Positions 1-9,327 are shown, counted from the stretch's first letter. The stretch: DNA of 64,000 nt from Patescibacteria group bacterium (GCA_021735685.1 JAIPGN010000003.1:1269-65268); one strand, 5' to 3'. Notes: generated from the sequence alone by a model not told the origin. Made by a program: numbers and translations.

Positions 1-222
1 ATGGTTACAAGGCTCACTCTGTCCTTTTTTACGGTTCAAGCAATTAACCGCCTTGGCCATTAAACGGGCGGTAGTGGTTTTACCTAAACCCCGCGGACCA
101 GTGAATAAATAAGCATGAGCCAATTGTTCAGTTTTAATTTCATTTTCCAAGACTCGAACAATGTGTTCTTGCCCGATAACTTCTTTAAAATTTTGGGGTC
201 GATACTTGCGGTAAATAACCAT
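1..222 (-). CDS. dnaX: DNA polymerase III subunit gamma/tau, N-terminal part (runs off the window edge)
   Basis: Manual translation from ATG at 222: MVIYRKYRPQNFKEVIGQEHIV...HAYLFTGPRGLGKTTTAR...NC...EPC (YRKYRP motif, Walker A, Zn cysteines). Not in the ORF track. Confidence 0.95.
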   Translation of the reverse strand, partial: MVIYRKYRPQNFKEVIGQEHIVRVLENEIKTEQLAHAYLFTGPRGLGKTTTARLMAKAVNCLNRKKGQSEPCNH

Positions 223-230
223 AAAAATAT

Positions 231-2723
231 TTATTTAAGTGATTTATAGTCTCTTTGAGCAATTTTTGACTCAATGGTGGCTTGATCTTGTCCGTATTTT
301 AAACGAGACAATTCCTTAATCAATTGAGCAGATTGAGGATTAGATGGAGGGATGCCCGGGATTTCGTTAAAAGGAACTGTAGCCATGTTAAAGCCTGGTG
401 GATTAGCGTTATCAATTAAAAGTTTCACAAAGGCATTGTACTTAGGCATGTTCAAGAAATCATGCTCGTTAAATATAGGGGCAAATTCTTTCGTCAAAAC
501 CTCAGCATCATCTACTCCCACTCGATAAGCAATTTTTGTTCCAACGTTACCAAAAATAGAATCTTTAAACTTAGTGTCTCCTGATTTAATTAGTTGCCCA
601 ATATATTGATGAATCATAGTAAGGGCTAAACGATACTTTCTGGCTTCAGAAAGTATAATCTGCATACTCTCGGTTAAAAAATTTTGGAACTCGTCTATAT
701 AAAGATAAAAATCATTTCTTTCTTCTTCGGGCATATCACCTCGCGATAAAGCTGACATCAGAATTTTGCCAACAATAATCATGCCCAATAAATGAGCATT
801 AATCTCTCCGATTTTACCTTTAGATAATTTAGCTAAAATAATTTTTTTCTCATCCATGGCCTTGCGGAAATCCAAACTGCTCTTCTGTTGAGCAATAATT
901 GGACGCATAAATTCATTAGTTAAAAATGGCGTTAATTTACTGGTAATATAAGGAACCATATTTTGCAGAGAAGCTTCTCCACCCGCTTTTAAAGCTTGTT
1001 TTTCCCAAAATTCCTTAACCACCGGAGTAGTGCATTTAGAAAGTTTATATTTTCTAAAATCTTCATCCGCCAAGACTTTAGGAACTTCCATCAAGGTTGA
1101 ACCAGAAGCTGGGTCATCCATAATTAAATGACAAGCATTTTTAAAATATTGTTCAAACATCGGGCCTCCGGTTTGTCGCAAATCATAGAGCTTATCAAAA
1201 ATATTCATAACTTCATTAATAACAAAAGTTTTTTGCTCATTGGAATTATACTCCAACATATTCAAACCTAAGGGTCGACTAATATCTGAAGGATCAAAAA
1301 CAATCACATCTTCTGCTCGATTCTTAGGGATCCTTTCTAAAATGTGACCAATAGCATCGCCATGTGGATCAATAAAGCAAGCGCCTTCACCATTAACTAT
1401 GTCTTGCATGGCTAAACCTTCTGCAAACCAAGACTTGCCCGTACCAGTCATACCAACAATATACATATGCCGACGACGGTCTTCTCTCTTGATCCTAATA
1501 TCTTTTTTCTCACCCCGATAGACATTATATCCTAAAAATAAACCTTCTTTGGGAATATTCAAAGGAGCTGGAGCTTTTTTAGCACTCAACCAACGAATAT
1601 TAGGAGTTTCAGTAGTAGAAAGAGGAAAATGGTAGATCCCCGTCATTTCTTCGGAATTAAGAACAAATGATTTCTTGGGGTCCAAAAAACGATAAATAAA
1701 ATTTTCTATTGTTTTTTCATCTCCTTTAATCACTTTAAATCCATTACCATATTGATAATCAGCATACTGAGCAAAAGCTCCGGTAATATTGTTTAAATAA
1801 ATACGAGCTTTTTCCTGATTTTGAGCTGAAACTACAATCCTGATATTAATCTCTAAACCGGCCTTACTCGCCTTTTCCTCCAAGGACTTAATAATCTCTT
1901 GCTCTAAAGGGGAAGGTTGATGACTTGCTTTCATCTTTTCCCGACTTTCCTCGTTTTGAGATTTGGGGGTAAAAAATTGGCCAAAAAATTTAAAAAACTT
2001 AATTAAAAAACCAGAATTTGATTTTTTTAGAGCATCGCGAAAACTATTTCCTTTTTGCATCGCTGAAGCTGCTTTCATTCCTCGCGACCGCCAACCCGGC
2101 ACAGCAGAACGAGTTACTACTTGAATTACAGCCGCATCTTCGTCATCAATTTTGCTCAAAGAATTAACCACTGCGTTTAAAAAATCAGTTTCATTTTTTA
2201 AGTAAGTTTTAATTGGCAACATAGAGCCTTTCTTTAAAACTAAAGAGGCACTCATGGTTTTACCTTGCGGAAGAAAAATATTGTAATCTTCTGCCAAATC
2301 TATTTGAGCATCTGGATATTGAGCCTGTAATTGTTGTTCGAAAAAACTTTGCAAATAACGAGGAACAACCGCATAAAAAGAAATAATCCCCTCCTTATCT
2401 GAAACCATTTCAAAAGAAAGAGAGTCTGACCTCCCGAAAAGCCAAGTCTTAAAACCTTTTTGCGATTTAAGACCAGCGATATTACCCCAAAAGGTTTCAG
2501 CAGATCCTAAAATTTCTTTAATCGGCCTTTTGTCATCATCATTCTTGCCTTGCTTGGGTACACTCACCAATAAAGTCACTTTCTGAAAAGCAAATTTAAA
2601 TTTAAAAATTTTTGAAAGATATTGTCGAAAAAACAAAAACCCTAAAAAAGCTCCGCTGATTATTAAAATAAAAAGCAGAAAATAGGGCTGATTAAAATAA
2701 TCTAAAAATTTTAAAAAATCCAT
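231..2723 (-). CDS. Membrane-anchored VirB4/VirD4(TraG)-like HerA/FtsK-superfamily ATPase of the CPR-conserved type
   Basis: N-terminal TM helix; RRRHMYIVGMTGTGKS Walker A; IDPHGD; LYIDEFQNF Walker B; SEARKY; HQYIGQL. Confidence 0.85.
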   Translation of the reverse strand: MDFLKFLDYFNQPYFLLFILIISGAFLGFLFFRQYLSKIFKFKFAFQKVTLLVSVPKQGKNDDDKRPIKEILGSAETFWGNIAGLKSQKGFKTWLFGRSDSLSFEMVSDKEGIISFYAVVPRYLQSFFEQQLQAQYPDAQIDLAEDYNIFLPQGKTMSASLVLKKGSMLPIKTYLKNETDFLNAVVNSLSKIDDEDAAVIQVVTRSAVPGWRSRGMKAASAMQKGNSFRDALKKSNSGFLIKFFKFFGQFFTPKSQNEESREKMKASHQPSPLEQEIIKSLEEKASKAGLEINIRIVVSAQNQEKARIYLNNITGAFAQYADYQYGNGFKVIKGDEKTIENFIYRFLDPKKSFVLNSEEMTGIYHFPLSTTETPNIRWLSAKKAPAPLNIPKEGLFLGYNVYRGEKKDIRIKREDRRRHMYIVGMTGTGKSWFAEGLAMQDIVNGEGACFIDPHGDAIGHILERIPKNRAEDVIVFDPSDISRPLGLNMLEYNSNEQKTFVINEVMNIFDKLYDLRQTGGPMFEQYFKNACHLIMDDPASGSTLMEVPKVLADEDFRKYKLSKCTTPVVKEFWEKQALKAGGEASLQNMVPYITSKLTPFLTNEFMRPIIAQQKSSLDFRKAMDEKKIILAKLSKGKIGEINAHLLGMIIVGKILMSALSRGDMPEEERNDFYLYIDEFQNFLTESMQIILSEARKYRLALTMIHQYIGQLIKSGDTKFKDSIFGNVGTKIAYRVGVDDAEVLTKEFAPIFNEHDFLNMPKYNAFVKLLIDNANPPGFNMATVPFNEIPGIPPSNPQSAQLIKELSRLKYGQDQATIESKIAQRDYKSLK

Positions 2724-2741
2724 AAAATTTTAAAAAATAAC

Positions 2742-3257
2742 TTAATTCTCTTTTCCCTTCTTTATTCGCTCAGACAAATCTAAAATTTTCTGAGTCTTGA
2801 TTTTAGAAGTTTGTTCTAAAAAAAACTTATTAACACCGGGTACCATTAAAAGCCAATCTTTAATTAATTTAACAATCTTAAAAACAACTACTTTGGCCTG
2901 AGTAATAATAGTTTTGATTTCTTGAGCAGTTTTTTCTCCTTTTTTCTTAAAATCAGACCGCAAGTTTTCCGGCAAATTTTTATACAACTCTTCCATGTCT
3001 TCAGCTAAAACAGCCTCAATATCTTGAGACAATTTCTGGTCTTCTGCTGATGTTTTAATTGGACCTAAAGAAGAAATAGCTTGGCTCAAGGAAGCTACTG
3101 CTTCCTCTTTCTTTTCCAAAGGCAAAGAGCCTTCTGCATCTTTTTCTTTTCCCAAATTAGATTCTCTTTCTGGAGAAACAGGAACTTCTTGAGTAGATTT
3201 CTCTGGCTTTTCTAAAGAAGAAAGCTTTTCTTTATTATTTTGAGATAATTCATCCAT
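2742..3257 (-). CDS. Hypothetical protein: acidic disordered N-terminus, helical C-terminal domain (..WL..VPGVNKFFLEQ..KIKT)
   Basis: 171-aa ORF, co-oriented, 18 bp upstream of the ATPase; TTTACA-17-TATAAT promoter candidate at 3303-3331. Confidence 0.7.
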   Translation of the reverse strand: MDELSQNNKEKLSSLEKPEKSTQEVPVSPERESNLGKEKDAEGSLPLEKKEEAVASLSQAISSLGPIKTSAEDQKLSQDIEAVLAEDMEELYKNLPENLRSDFKKKGEKTAQEIKTIITQAKVVVFKIVKLIKDWLLMVPGVNKFFLEQTSKIKTQKILDLSERIKKGKEN

Positions 3258-3408
3258 AATTAAACTTAAAAATTTAATTAAAACCTCCGAAAAGATATTA
3301 ACATTATACTAAAAACAAAAAACAATGTAAACCAAAATAAAAAAGTAACAAATTGACCTTAAGGTCGTCTTAAATTGTATGACCACAAGAAAACTAAAAA
3401 TATTTTTG

Positions 3409-3442
3409 TGCCCCCGATATGCAATCGCTAGGGGGCTTTTTT
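3409..3442 (+). terminator. GC-rich hairpin followed by a U-tract
   Basis: GCCCCC...GGGGGC followed by TTTTTT. Confidence 0.5.
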
Positions 3443-3462
3443 ATTTTTAAATAAAAAAAATG

Positions 3463-3573
3463 CCATTTTTTCGCCATTTTCATTTTTTGCCCTTATTTCT
3501 CGCTCAGAGAGCGACTTAGCTGACCTTACTTGATGGGGACAGTCCCCAAATTTATTTGATGGGGACTGTCCCC
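3463..3573. repeat. Dispersed intergenic element copy A, with two tandem GGGGAC(A/T)GTCCCC palindromes
   Basis: CCATTTTTTCGCCA 3463-3476; CGCTCAGAGA 3501-3510; GGGGACAGTCCCC 3535-3547; GGGGACTGTCCCC 3561-3573; colinear with 11846-11930. Confidence 0.7.
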
Positions 3574-3578
3574 AAATA

Positions 3579-3600
3579 AAAAAGGGAGACTTTGTCTCCC
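3579..3600 (-). terminator. Intrinsic terminator of ORF 3627-3938
   Basis: Minus strand GGGAGAC-AAA-GTCTCCC followed by a T-run. Confidence 0.7.
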
Positions 3601-3626
3601 TCGATGAGGCTATCCCCCAAAAAAAA

Positions 3627-3938
3627 TCACTCATGTTCCACTAAAGTCCCGAAAGACCCGTGGAGGTCCTGATTCTCATACAAAAACCCCTCTAGGGTTC
3701 TTCGAGAACTAGGAATGATGCCTTGAATCCAGCAAAAGCCGGGAGTTTTTGCTGTTTTTTTGAGCCATTGGAAGAAATCCACTGGCTCTTGGGCCGCTAA
3801 ATTCCTAACATCCAAAAGGATGAAAGAAATTTTTTTTGATGTGTTTTCTCGTCCCGTCTGATCTTTTAAGACCAGATTGATCACCTTCCTCTCTTCATCG
3901 AAAGAAAGAATTTTCATTACTTGATAATTAGTTATCAT
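3627..3938 (-). CDS. Hypothetical protein (orphan-like) downstream of tRNA-Glu
   Basis: 103 aa; strong SD (AAGGAGG-AAAA-ATG); own promoter TTGACT-16-TATAAT (4020-3993) and terminator. Confidence 0.7.
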   Translation of the reverse strand: MITNYQVMKILSFDEERKVINLVLKDQTGRENTSKKISFILLDVRNLAAQEPVDFFQWLKKTAKTPGFCWIQGIIPSSRRTLEGFLYENQDLHGSFGTLVEHE

Positions 3939-4042
3939 TTTTCCTCCTTTTTTACCCTAAATCAAAAAAGCTCTTTGATTAGGGCTTTTTAAATTATAAC
4001 AGATTTGCCTTAATAGTCAAGAGCTTCCTTTTTGTAGATTTT

Positions 4043-4117
4043 TGGTACCGCCACAGGGAATCGAACCCTGGTTTCATGGATGAGAACCATGTGTCCTAAC
4101 CACTAGACGATGGCGGC
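4043..4117 (-). tRNA. tRNA-Glu(CTC)
   Basis: GCCGCCA acceptor stem; anticodon arm CATGG-TTCTCAT-CCATG; GGTTCGATTCC T-arm; encoded CCA. Confidence 0.95.
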
Positions 4118-4211
4118 CTGAATTTAAAATTCAGAATAACACAGATTTTCGCTTCTGGCAAGCAAAAAATTATTCCTTGATTTTATCTCTAAAATTAGAT
4201 AAAATAACTTT

Positions 4212-5441
4212 ATGAATAATCTCCAAAAAATTGACCCTAAAATCAGCCAATTAATTCAAAAAGAAGCAGAAAGGCAAAAAAGGGGTCTCAACTTGATTCC
4301 CTCGGAAAACTTTGTTTCTCCAGCAGTGAGCGAAGCTTTAGCTTCGGTTTGTACTAATAAATATGCAGAAGGATATCCGGATCAAAGGTATTACAGTGGC
4401 AATCAATATATAGATGAAATCGAAAAATTAGCCCAAAAAAGAGCTCAAAAGCTATTTCGTGCTGAACATGTTAATGTCCAACCTTATTCTGGTTCTCCAG
4501 CTAATTTAGCGGTTTATTTAGCCTTAGCTCAGCCTGGGGACACTATTCTGGGGATGAGTTTAACTCACGGTGGTCACTTAACTCATGGCCATCAAGTCAA
4601 TCTTTCCGGAAAATTATTTAATTTTATTCAATATAAAGTAAATCCCCAAACCCAAAGAATTAATTATCAAGAAATAGAAGAATTGGCTCAAAAACATCGT
4701 CCTCGAATTATAGTTTCTGGGGCTACAGCTTATCCCCGAATCATTAATTTTGAAAAAATTCATCAAATCAGTCAAAAAGTTAAGGCCGTTAGCATGGCTG
4801 ACATTTCTCATATTGCTGGTTTAGTGGCCACTCAAAATCATCCCAGTCCCCTGCCTTTTACTGATGTAGTCACTACCACCACTCATAAAACCTTACGAGG
4901 CCCGCGAGGAGCTTTAATTATGTGCAAAAAACAATACGCCACAAGCATTGACCGAATGATTTTCCCGGGAATGCAAGGCGGGCCGCACGAAAACAATATT
5001 GCTGCTATTGCCGTGGCCTTGCAAGAAGCCAGCACTCCTGCTTTTCAAAAGTACAGCCGACAAATTATTAAAAATTCCCAGGCTTTAGCACAAGCCCTCC
5101 AAAAACAAGGAATAAAATTAGTTACTAATGGCACTGACAATCATTTACTTTTAATTGATCTCCGCCCTCATCAAATCAAAGGAAAAGAAGCAGAAAACTT
5201 GCTGGAAAAAGCTAAAATTTATGTTAATAAAAATACTATTCCTTATGATCCTCAAAGTCCTTTAAATCCTTCTGGCGTAAGACTCGGGACTCCGGCCTTA
5301 ACTACTCAGGGCTTTCGAGAAAAAGAAATGAAAAAAATTGGAGAGATTATCGCCCTACTGTTAAACCATCCCTTTGATCAAAAGGTTTTAGAAAAAACGC
5401 AAAAACAAGTAAAAAAAATAATAAAAATTCATGCTTCTTGA
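4212..5441 (+). CDS. glyA: Serine hydroxymethyltransferase
   Basis: LIPSEN, NKYAEGYP, GGHLTHG, TTTTHKTLRGPRG (PLP lysine). Confidence 0.98.
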   Translation: MNNLQKIDPKISQLIQKEAERQKRGLNLIPSENFVSPAVSEALASVCTNKYAEGYPDQRYYSGNQYIDEIEKLAQKRAQKLFRAEHVNVQPYSGSPANLAVYLALAQPGDTILGMSLTHGGHLTHGHQVNLSGKLFNFIQYKVNPQTQRINYQEIEELAQKHRPRIIVSGATAYPRIINFEKIHQISQKVKAVSMADISHIAGLVATQNHPSPLPFTDVVTTTTHKTLRGPRGALIMCKKQYATSIDRMIFPGMQGGPHENNIAAIAVALQEASTPAFQKYSRQIIKNSQALAQALQKQGIKLVTNGTDNHLLLIDLRPHQIKGKEAENLLEKAKIYVNKNTIPYDPQSPLNPSGVRLGTPALTTQGFREKEMKKIGEIIALLLNHPFDQKVLEKTQKQVKKIIKIHAS

Positions 5442-6219
5442 TGGTAAAAAAATAGCAAAAAAAATACAAAGTCAATTAAAAGAAGGAGTCCATAAAAATA
5501 ATTTGCGACCCGGTTTAGCTATTATTTTAATCGGCGAAAATCCTAATTCTAAAACTTATATAAGGCTCAAAGAAAAAGCAAGTCAAAGATTAAACTTTTA
5601 TTTTCAAAAAATATTTTTTCCAACTAATTGTCAAAAATCAGAAATTTTATCAACCATAGAAAACCTTAATTCCGATCCAAACTTGCACGGCCTAATGATT
5701 CAAATGCCAGTCCCCTCACAATTTGACCCTGACTTTTTGATCAACAAAATTAATCCCCAAAAAGACGTGGATGGTTTTCTCCAAAAATCAAAATTTACTC
5801 CCCCTACCCACCAAGCTATTCTTACTTTAATTAAAGAAAGCAAGAGAGAATTAAAAGGGAAACAAGCAATTATTCTCAGTAAAAATCCAATTTTTGCCCT
5901 TCCCTTAAAAAAAATACTGGAACAAGAATCAATAATTGCTGTTCATGAAAGAACAATTCCAAATCGTATCTCTTCCTTTGATTTGGTAATTAGCGCTCTT
6001 GGAGAGCCTAAAATTATTCAACCCCTTATGCTCAAAAAAAACGCTATTGTCATTGATGTTGGTTATAGTAAAATAAAAGGAAAGGCTTGGGGCGATGTAG
6101 ACCCTCGATGCCAAAAAAGAGGGGATCTTTTTATCTCTCCGGTTCCTGGTGGGGTCGGACCTTTAACTGTTGCCTATCTCCTAAAAAACGTTTACATTTC
6201 AGCTTTGGATCAAAAATAA
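5431..6219 (+). CDS. folD: Bifunctional methylene-THF dehydrogenase/cyclohydrolase
   Basis: LDGKKIA, Y...K, KDVDG, VIDVG, PVPGGVGPLTV. Confidence 0.95.
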   Translation: MLLDGKKIAKKIQSQLKEGVHKNNLRPGLAIILIGENPNSKTYIRLKEKASQRLNFYFQKIFFPTNCQKSEILSTIENLNSDPNLHGLMIQMPVPSQFDPDFLINKINPQKDVDGFLQKSKFTPPTHQAILTLIKESKRELKGKQAIILSKNPIFALPLKKILEQESIIAVHERTIPNRISSFDLVISALGEPKIIQPLMLKKNAIVIDVGYSKIKGKAWGDVDPRCQKRGDLFISPVPGGVGPLTVAYLLKNVYISALDQK

Positions 6220-6247
6220 AATAATAAAAATCTTAATAATAAATTTT

Positions 6248-6469
6248 ATGTCTAAAATTCTAAGCATTGTTCAAATCATTATTTCTCTACTTTTGGTGGC
6301 TGCAGTCCTTATGCAATCACGAGAAGGTGGACTTTCCAATGTCTTTGGTGGTGGAGGCGAAGTTTATCGAACCAAAAGAGGTTTAGAAAAAAATCTTTTT
6401 GTCGCTACCATTATTCTGGCTGCTATCTTCATTGGTTTAGGGATTGCTCGTTTTCTTTTAGCTAAATAA
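6248..6469 (+). CDS. secG: Preprotein translocase subunit SecG
   Basis: Two TM helices, LMQSREGGLSNVFGGG, RGLEK. Confidence 0.9.
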   Translation: MSKILSIVQIIISLLLVAAVLMQSREGGLSNVFGGGGEVYRTKRGLEKNLFVATIILAAIFIGLGIARFLLAK

Positions 6470-6470
6470 A

Positions 6471-8186
6471 ATGATTTTTCATAAAAAAAAGATTAAAAAA
6501 TCTCATCCTTCTTCTCTAAGACTTCTTTCTTGGAGAAAAATTAAATATTTAAAACGTCTTCTCAGTCCTCAAGAAAGAAAAGTTATTATTATACTTTTAA
6601 TTTTAAGCTTAATTGCTCTCTTGGGAATTGTTCTTTCCTTTTATTTCGAAAATTCAAAAATTAAACCAGCATATGGAGGTAAATATACAGAAGCCTTAGT
6701 GGGCCAACCAACCTTAATCAATCCCCTTCTAGCTAACAATGAAACCGATCTTTCTTTAGTAGAAATAATTTTTTCCAGCCTTTATCAACATCAAGAAAAC
6801 AACGAGATTGCCCCAGATCTAGCTAAAGATTTGCCCACAAAAATTAATGGAAAAGAACAAAAAATTTGCCTCAAGTCTAATCTTTTTTGGCACGACCAAA
6901 AAAAAATAACCACAAATGACATTCTCTTTACTCTAGAATTAATTAAATCCCTGGGCATCCCTAAATCGTTTTTTGAAAATTTAAAAAACGCTGAAATAAA
7001 AATAATAGACGAAAATTGTTTGACTATCAAAAATGCCAAATTATCTGACTTAACTTTTAAAATTTTACCTCAGCATATCTGGAAAAATCTAGAAAAAGAA
7101 AAAATTAATGAATCTATTTACAATCTTAAACCGTTAGGAAGTGGAGCCTTTTACTTTGCCTCTTTAGAAAAAAATCAAGAAGGAATGATCAAAAAATATC
7201 AACTAAAGGCAAACAAAGATTATCACAAAAAAGCTCCTTATCTCGAAGAAATAAATTTTGAATTCTATGATAATTTTTCTCAAGCAATAGATGCTTTTAA
7301 TCAAGGCGAAGTAATGGGCCTGGGTCACCCTCCCCAAAGCCTTCAAAGAGAAATTTTAGACTCAGAAAAAATAAATCTATACTCTTTGGGCCTCCCCCAT
7401 TATAGTGCTCTTTTTTTTAACACGAGCGATCCAATTTTACAAAGTAAAGCAATTAGACAAGCTCTGGCTTTTTTGACTCCTAAAGAAAAAATATTAGAAA
7501 ATATTGTAGGCCAAAAAGGGATCATAATGCAAAGTTCTTTCTTGCCTAACTCCCCCTTTGTCAACAATAATGTTCAAAAATATAAACATAATTTAGGGCA
7601 AGCGCAAAAAATTCTTCAAGAAGCTGGCTGGGAAAAAGGAGAAAGCAATTTTTTAGAAAAAGATAGAAAAATATTAGAACTAACTATCACCACTGTTGCC
7701 AAAGAAAACGATTTTATTGAAATTGTAAAACTCTTACAAGAATCCTGGCAAGAGCTAAACATTAAGGTCAAATTAATATCTGTTTCTCCTGAAAAAATAG
7801 AAGAAGTGATTAAAAATCGTAATTTCCAAATTTTTCTTTATGGTGTTCTCTTGCAAAGAAACTTTAATCCTTACTTCTTCTGGCACTCTTCTCAAAAAAC
7901 ATTCCCTGGACTTAATTTAACCAACTTTAGCCATCGCCGCGCTGATGAACTTTTAGAAAAAGCCCTTTTGACTAACGATTTTAAAAAACAAAAAGAATAC
8001 TACTATGAACTGCAAGAGATTATCGCCGAAAACTTACCAGCTGTTTTCCTTTACAACACAACTTATAATTATTTTCTAGATTCCAGTATCAAGGGAATTA
8101 AAATTTCTCAAATCGAACATCCTAAAGACAGATTTACAAATATTGAAAACTGGTACCTAAAAACCAAAAGAGAAAGAATTAAATAG
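6471..8186 (+). CDS. Family 5 (OppA/DppA-like) extracellular solute-binding protein with N-terminal TM anchor
   Basis: GGKYTEALVGQPTLINP, PDLA, WHD..ITTNDILFT, PLGSGAF, RQAL. Confidence 0.85.
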   Translation: MIFHKKKIKKSHPSSLRLLSWRKIKYLKRLLSPQERKVIIILLILSLIALLGIVLSFYFENSKIKPAYGGKYTEALVGQPTLINPLLANNETDLSLVEIIFSSLYQHQENNEIAPDLAKDLPTKINGKEQKICLKSNLFWHDQKKITTNDILFTLELIKSLGIPKSFFENLKNAEIKIIDENCLTIKNAKLSDLTFKILPQHIWKNLEKEKINESIYNLKPLGSGAFYFASLEKNQEGMIKKYQLKANKDYHKKAPYLEEINFEFYDNFSQAIDAFNQGEVMGLGHPPQSLQREILDSEKINLYSLGLPHYSALFFNTSDPILQSKAIRQALAFLTPKEKILENIVGQKGIIMQSSFLPNSPFVNNNVQKYKHNLGQAQKILQEAGWEKGESNFLEKDRKILELTITTVAKENDFIEIVKLLQESWQELNIKVKLISVSPEKIEEVIKNRNFQIFLYGVLLQRNFNPYFFWHSSQKTFPGLNLTNFSHRRADELLEKALLTNDFKKQKEYYYELQEIIAENLPAVFLYNTTYNYFLDSSIKGIKISQIEHPKDRFTNIENWYLKTKRERIK

Positions 8187-8272
8187 CCGAGATGATGGAA
8201 CTGGAAGACATGCAGCGTTCAGGGCGCTGTGGGCGTAAGCCCGTGCGGGTTCGACTCCCGCTCTCGGCACCA
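8186..8272 (+). tRNA. tRNA-Leu(CAG)
   Basis: GCCGAGA stem; CAGCG-TTCAGGG-CGCTG anticodon arm; long variable arm GGGCGTAAGCCC; GGTTCGACTCC; CCA. The first G is the G of the upstream TAG stop. Confidence 0.95.
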
Positions 8273-8312
8273 TAATTATCAAAAAATAAATTATTAAAAA
8301 AATACATAAAAT

Positions 8313-9296
8313 ATGAAATTATTTAGCGGCATTCAACCCAGTGGAACCCTCCACCTTGGAAATTATTTAGGAGCAGTTAAAAATTGGATAAAACTACAAG
8401 AAGAGCACGAAAGTATTATTTCTATTGTTAATTACCATGCTTTAAGTAGTGATTTCTCTGCTTCTCTGCTACCAAAACAAACTATAGAAATGGCTACAGA
8501 TTTAATCGCTTGCGGAATTGATCCCCAAAAATCTATATTTTTCGTTCAATCTGATGTCCCCGAACATACCGAATTAACTTGGATTCTTAGTTGTTTCGTT
8601 TCTTTAGGTGAACTAAAAAGAATGACTCAGTTTAAAGAAAAATCACAAGAAAACAAAAAAAATGTTAAAGCCGGTTTATTGTACTATCCCGTTTTAATGG
8701 CAGCTGATATCCTTCTTTACCAAACCCAAATTGTGCCAGTAGGAGAAGATCAATTACAACACATTGAATTGGCTCGAATGATTGCCCGTAATTTTAACAA
8801 AAAAATAGGAAAAACTTTTATTGAGCCTCGCGGAGTTTTAACCAAAGCTCCTCGCTTGATGAGCTTAAAAAATCCTCAAGAAAAAATGAGTAAATCTAAA
8901 GGCGAAAATACTTATATTGCCCTTAATGATTCTTTAGAAACCATAGAAAAGAAATTAGGCTCTGCGATCACTGATCCAGCTCGAAAAAAAATTAGTGATC
9001 CCGGTACATCCCAAAAATGCAACATCTATCATCTTCATCAATTTTTTAGCACCCTCAAAGAAAGAGAAGAAATTGAACAAGGCTGCCGACGGGCAAAAAT
9101 AGGATGCTTGAGTTGCAAAAAAGCCCTTGCTCAAAATATTTTTGCTGAACTTAAGCCCATTCAAGAAAAAAGAAAAAAAATAGCAGAAAACCCGGAGAAA
9201 ATAAAAAAAATACTCCAAAAAGGAGCAAAAAAGGCGCAGCAAATTGCCCAGAAAAACATGAAAGAAATTAAGGAAAAGGTTGGACTCCTTTTTTAA
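8313..9296 (+). CDS. trpS: Tryptophan-tRNA ligase
   Basis: SGIQPSG, HLGN, YPVLMAADIL, VPVGEDQ, KMSKS. Confidence 0.98.
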   Translation: MKLFSGIQPSGTLHLGNYLGAVKNWIKLQEEHESIISIVNYHALSSDFSASLLPKQTIEMATDLIACGIDPQKSIFFVQSDVPEHTELTWILSCFVSLGELKRMTQFKEKSQENKKNVKAGLLYYPVLMAADILLYQTQIVPVGEDQLQHIELARMIARNFNKKIGKTFIEPRGVLTKAPRLMSLKNPQEKMSKSKGENTYIALNDSLETIEKKLGSAITDPARKKISDPGTSQKCNIYHLHQFFSTLKEREEIEQGCRRAKIGCLSCKKALAQNIFAELKPIQEKRKKIAENPEKIKKILQKGAKKAQQIAQKNMKEIKEKVGLLF

Positions 9297-9327
9297 ACTT
9301 CCGACAATTTTACAATCTTAAAAAAAT

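Noticed and set aside
231-2723. Conjugative element / ICE
   Set aside because: No relaxase, mating-pair genes, integrase or att repeats seen; the context is housekeeping.
3530-3580. Tandem palindromic repeats as a mini-CRISPR
   Set aside because: Only two units with a 26-bp period, no spacer-length unique sequence and no cas genes.
3428-3634. 68-aa ORF over the palindromic repeats
   Set aside because: It spans a terminator and the repeat element (GQSP/GDCP are translated palindromes); probably spurious.
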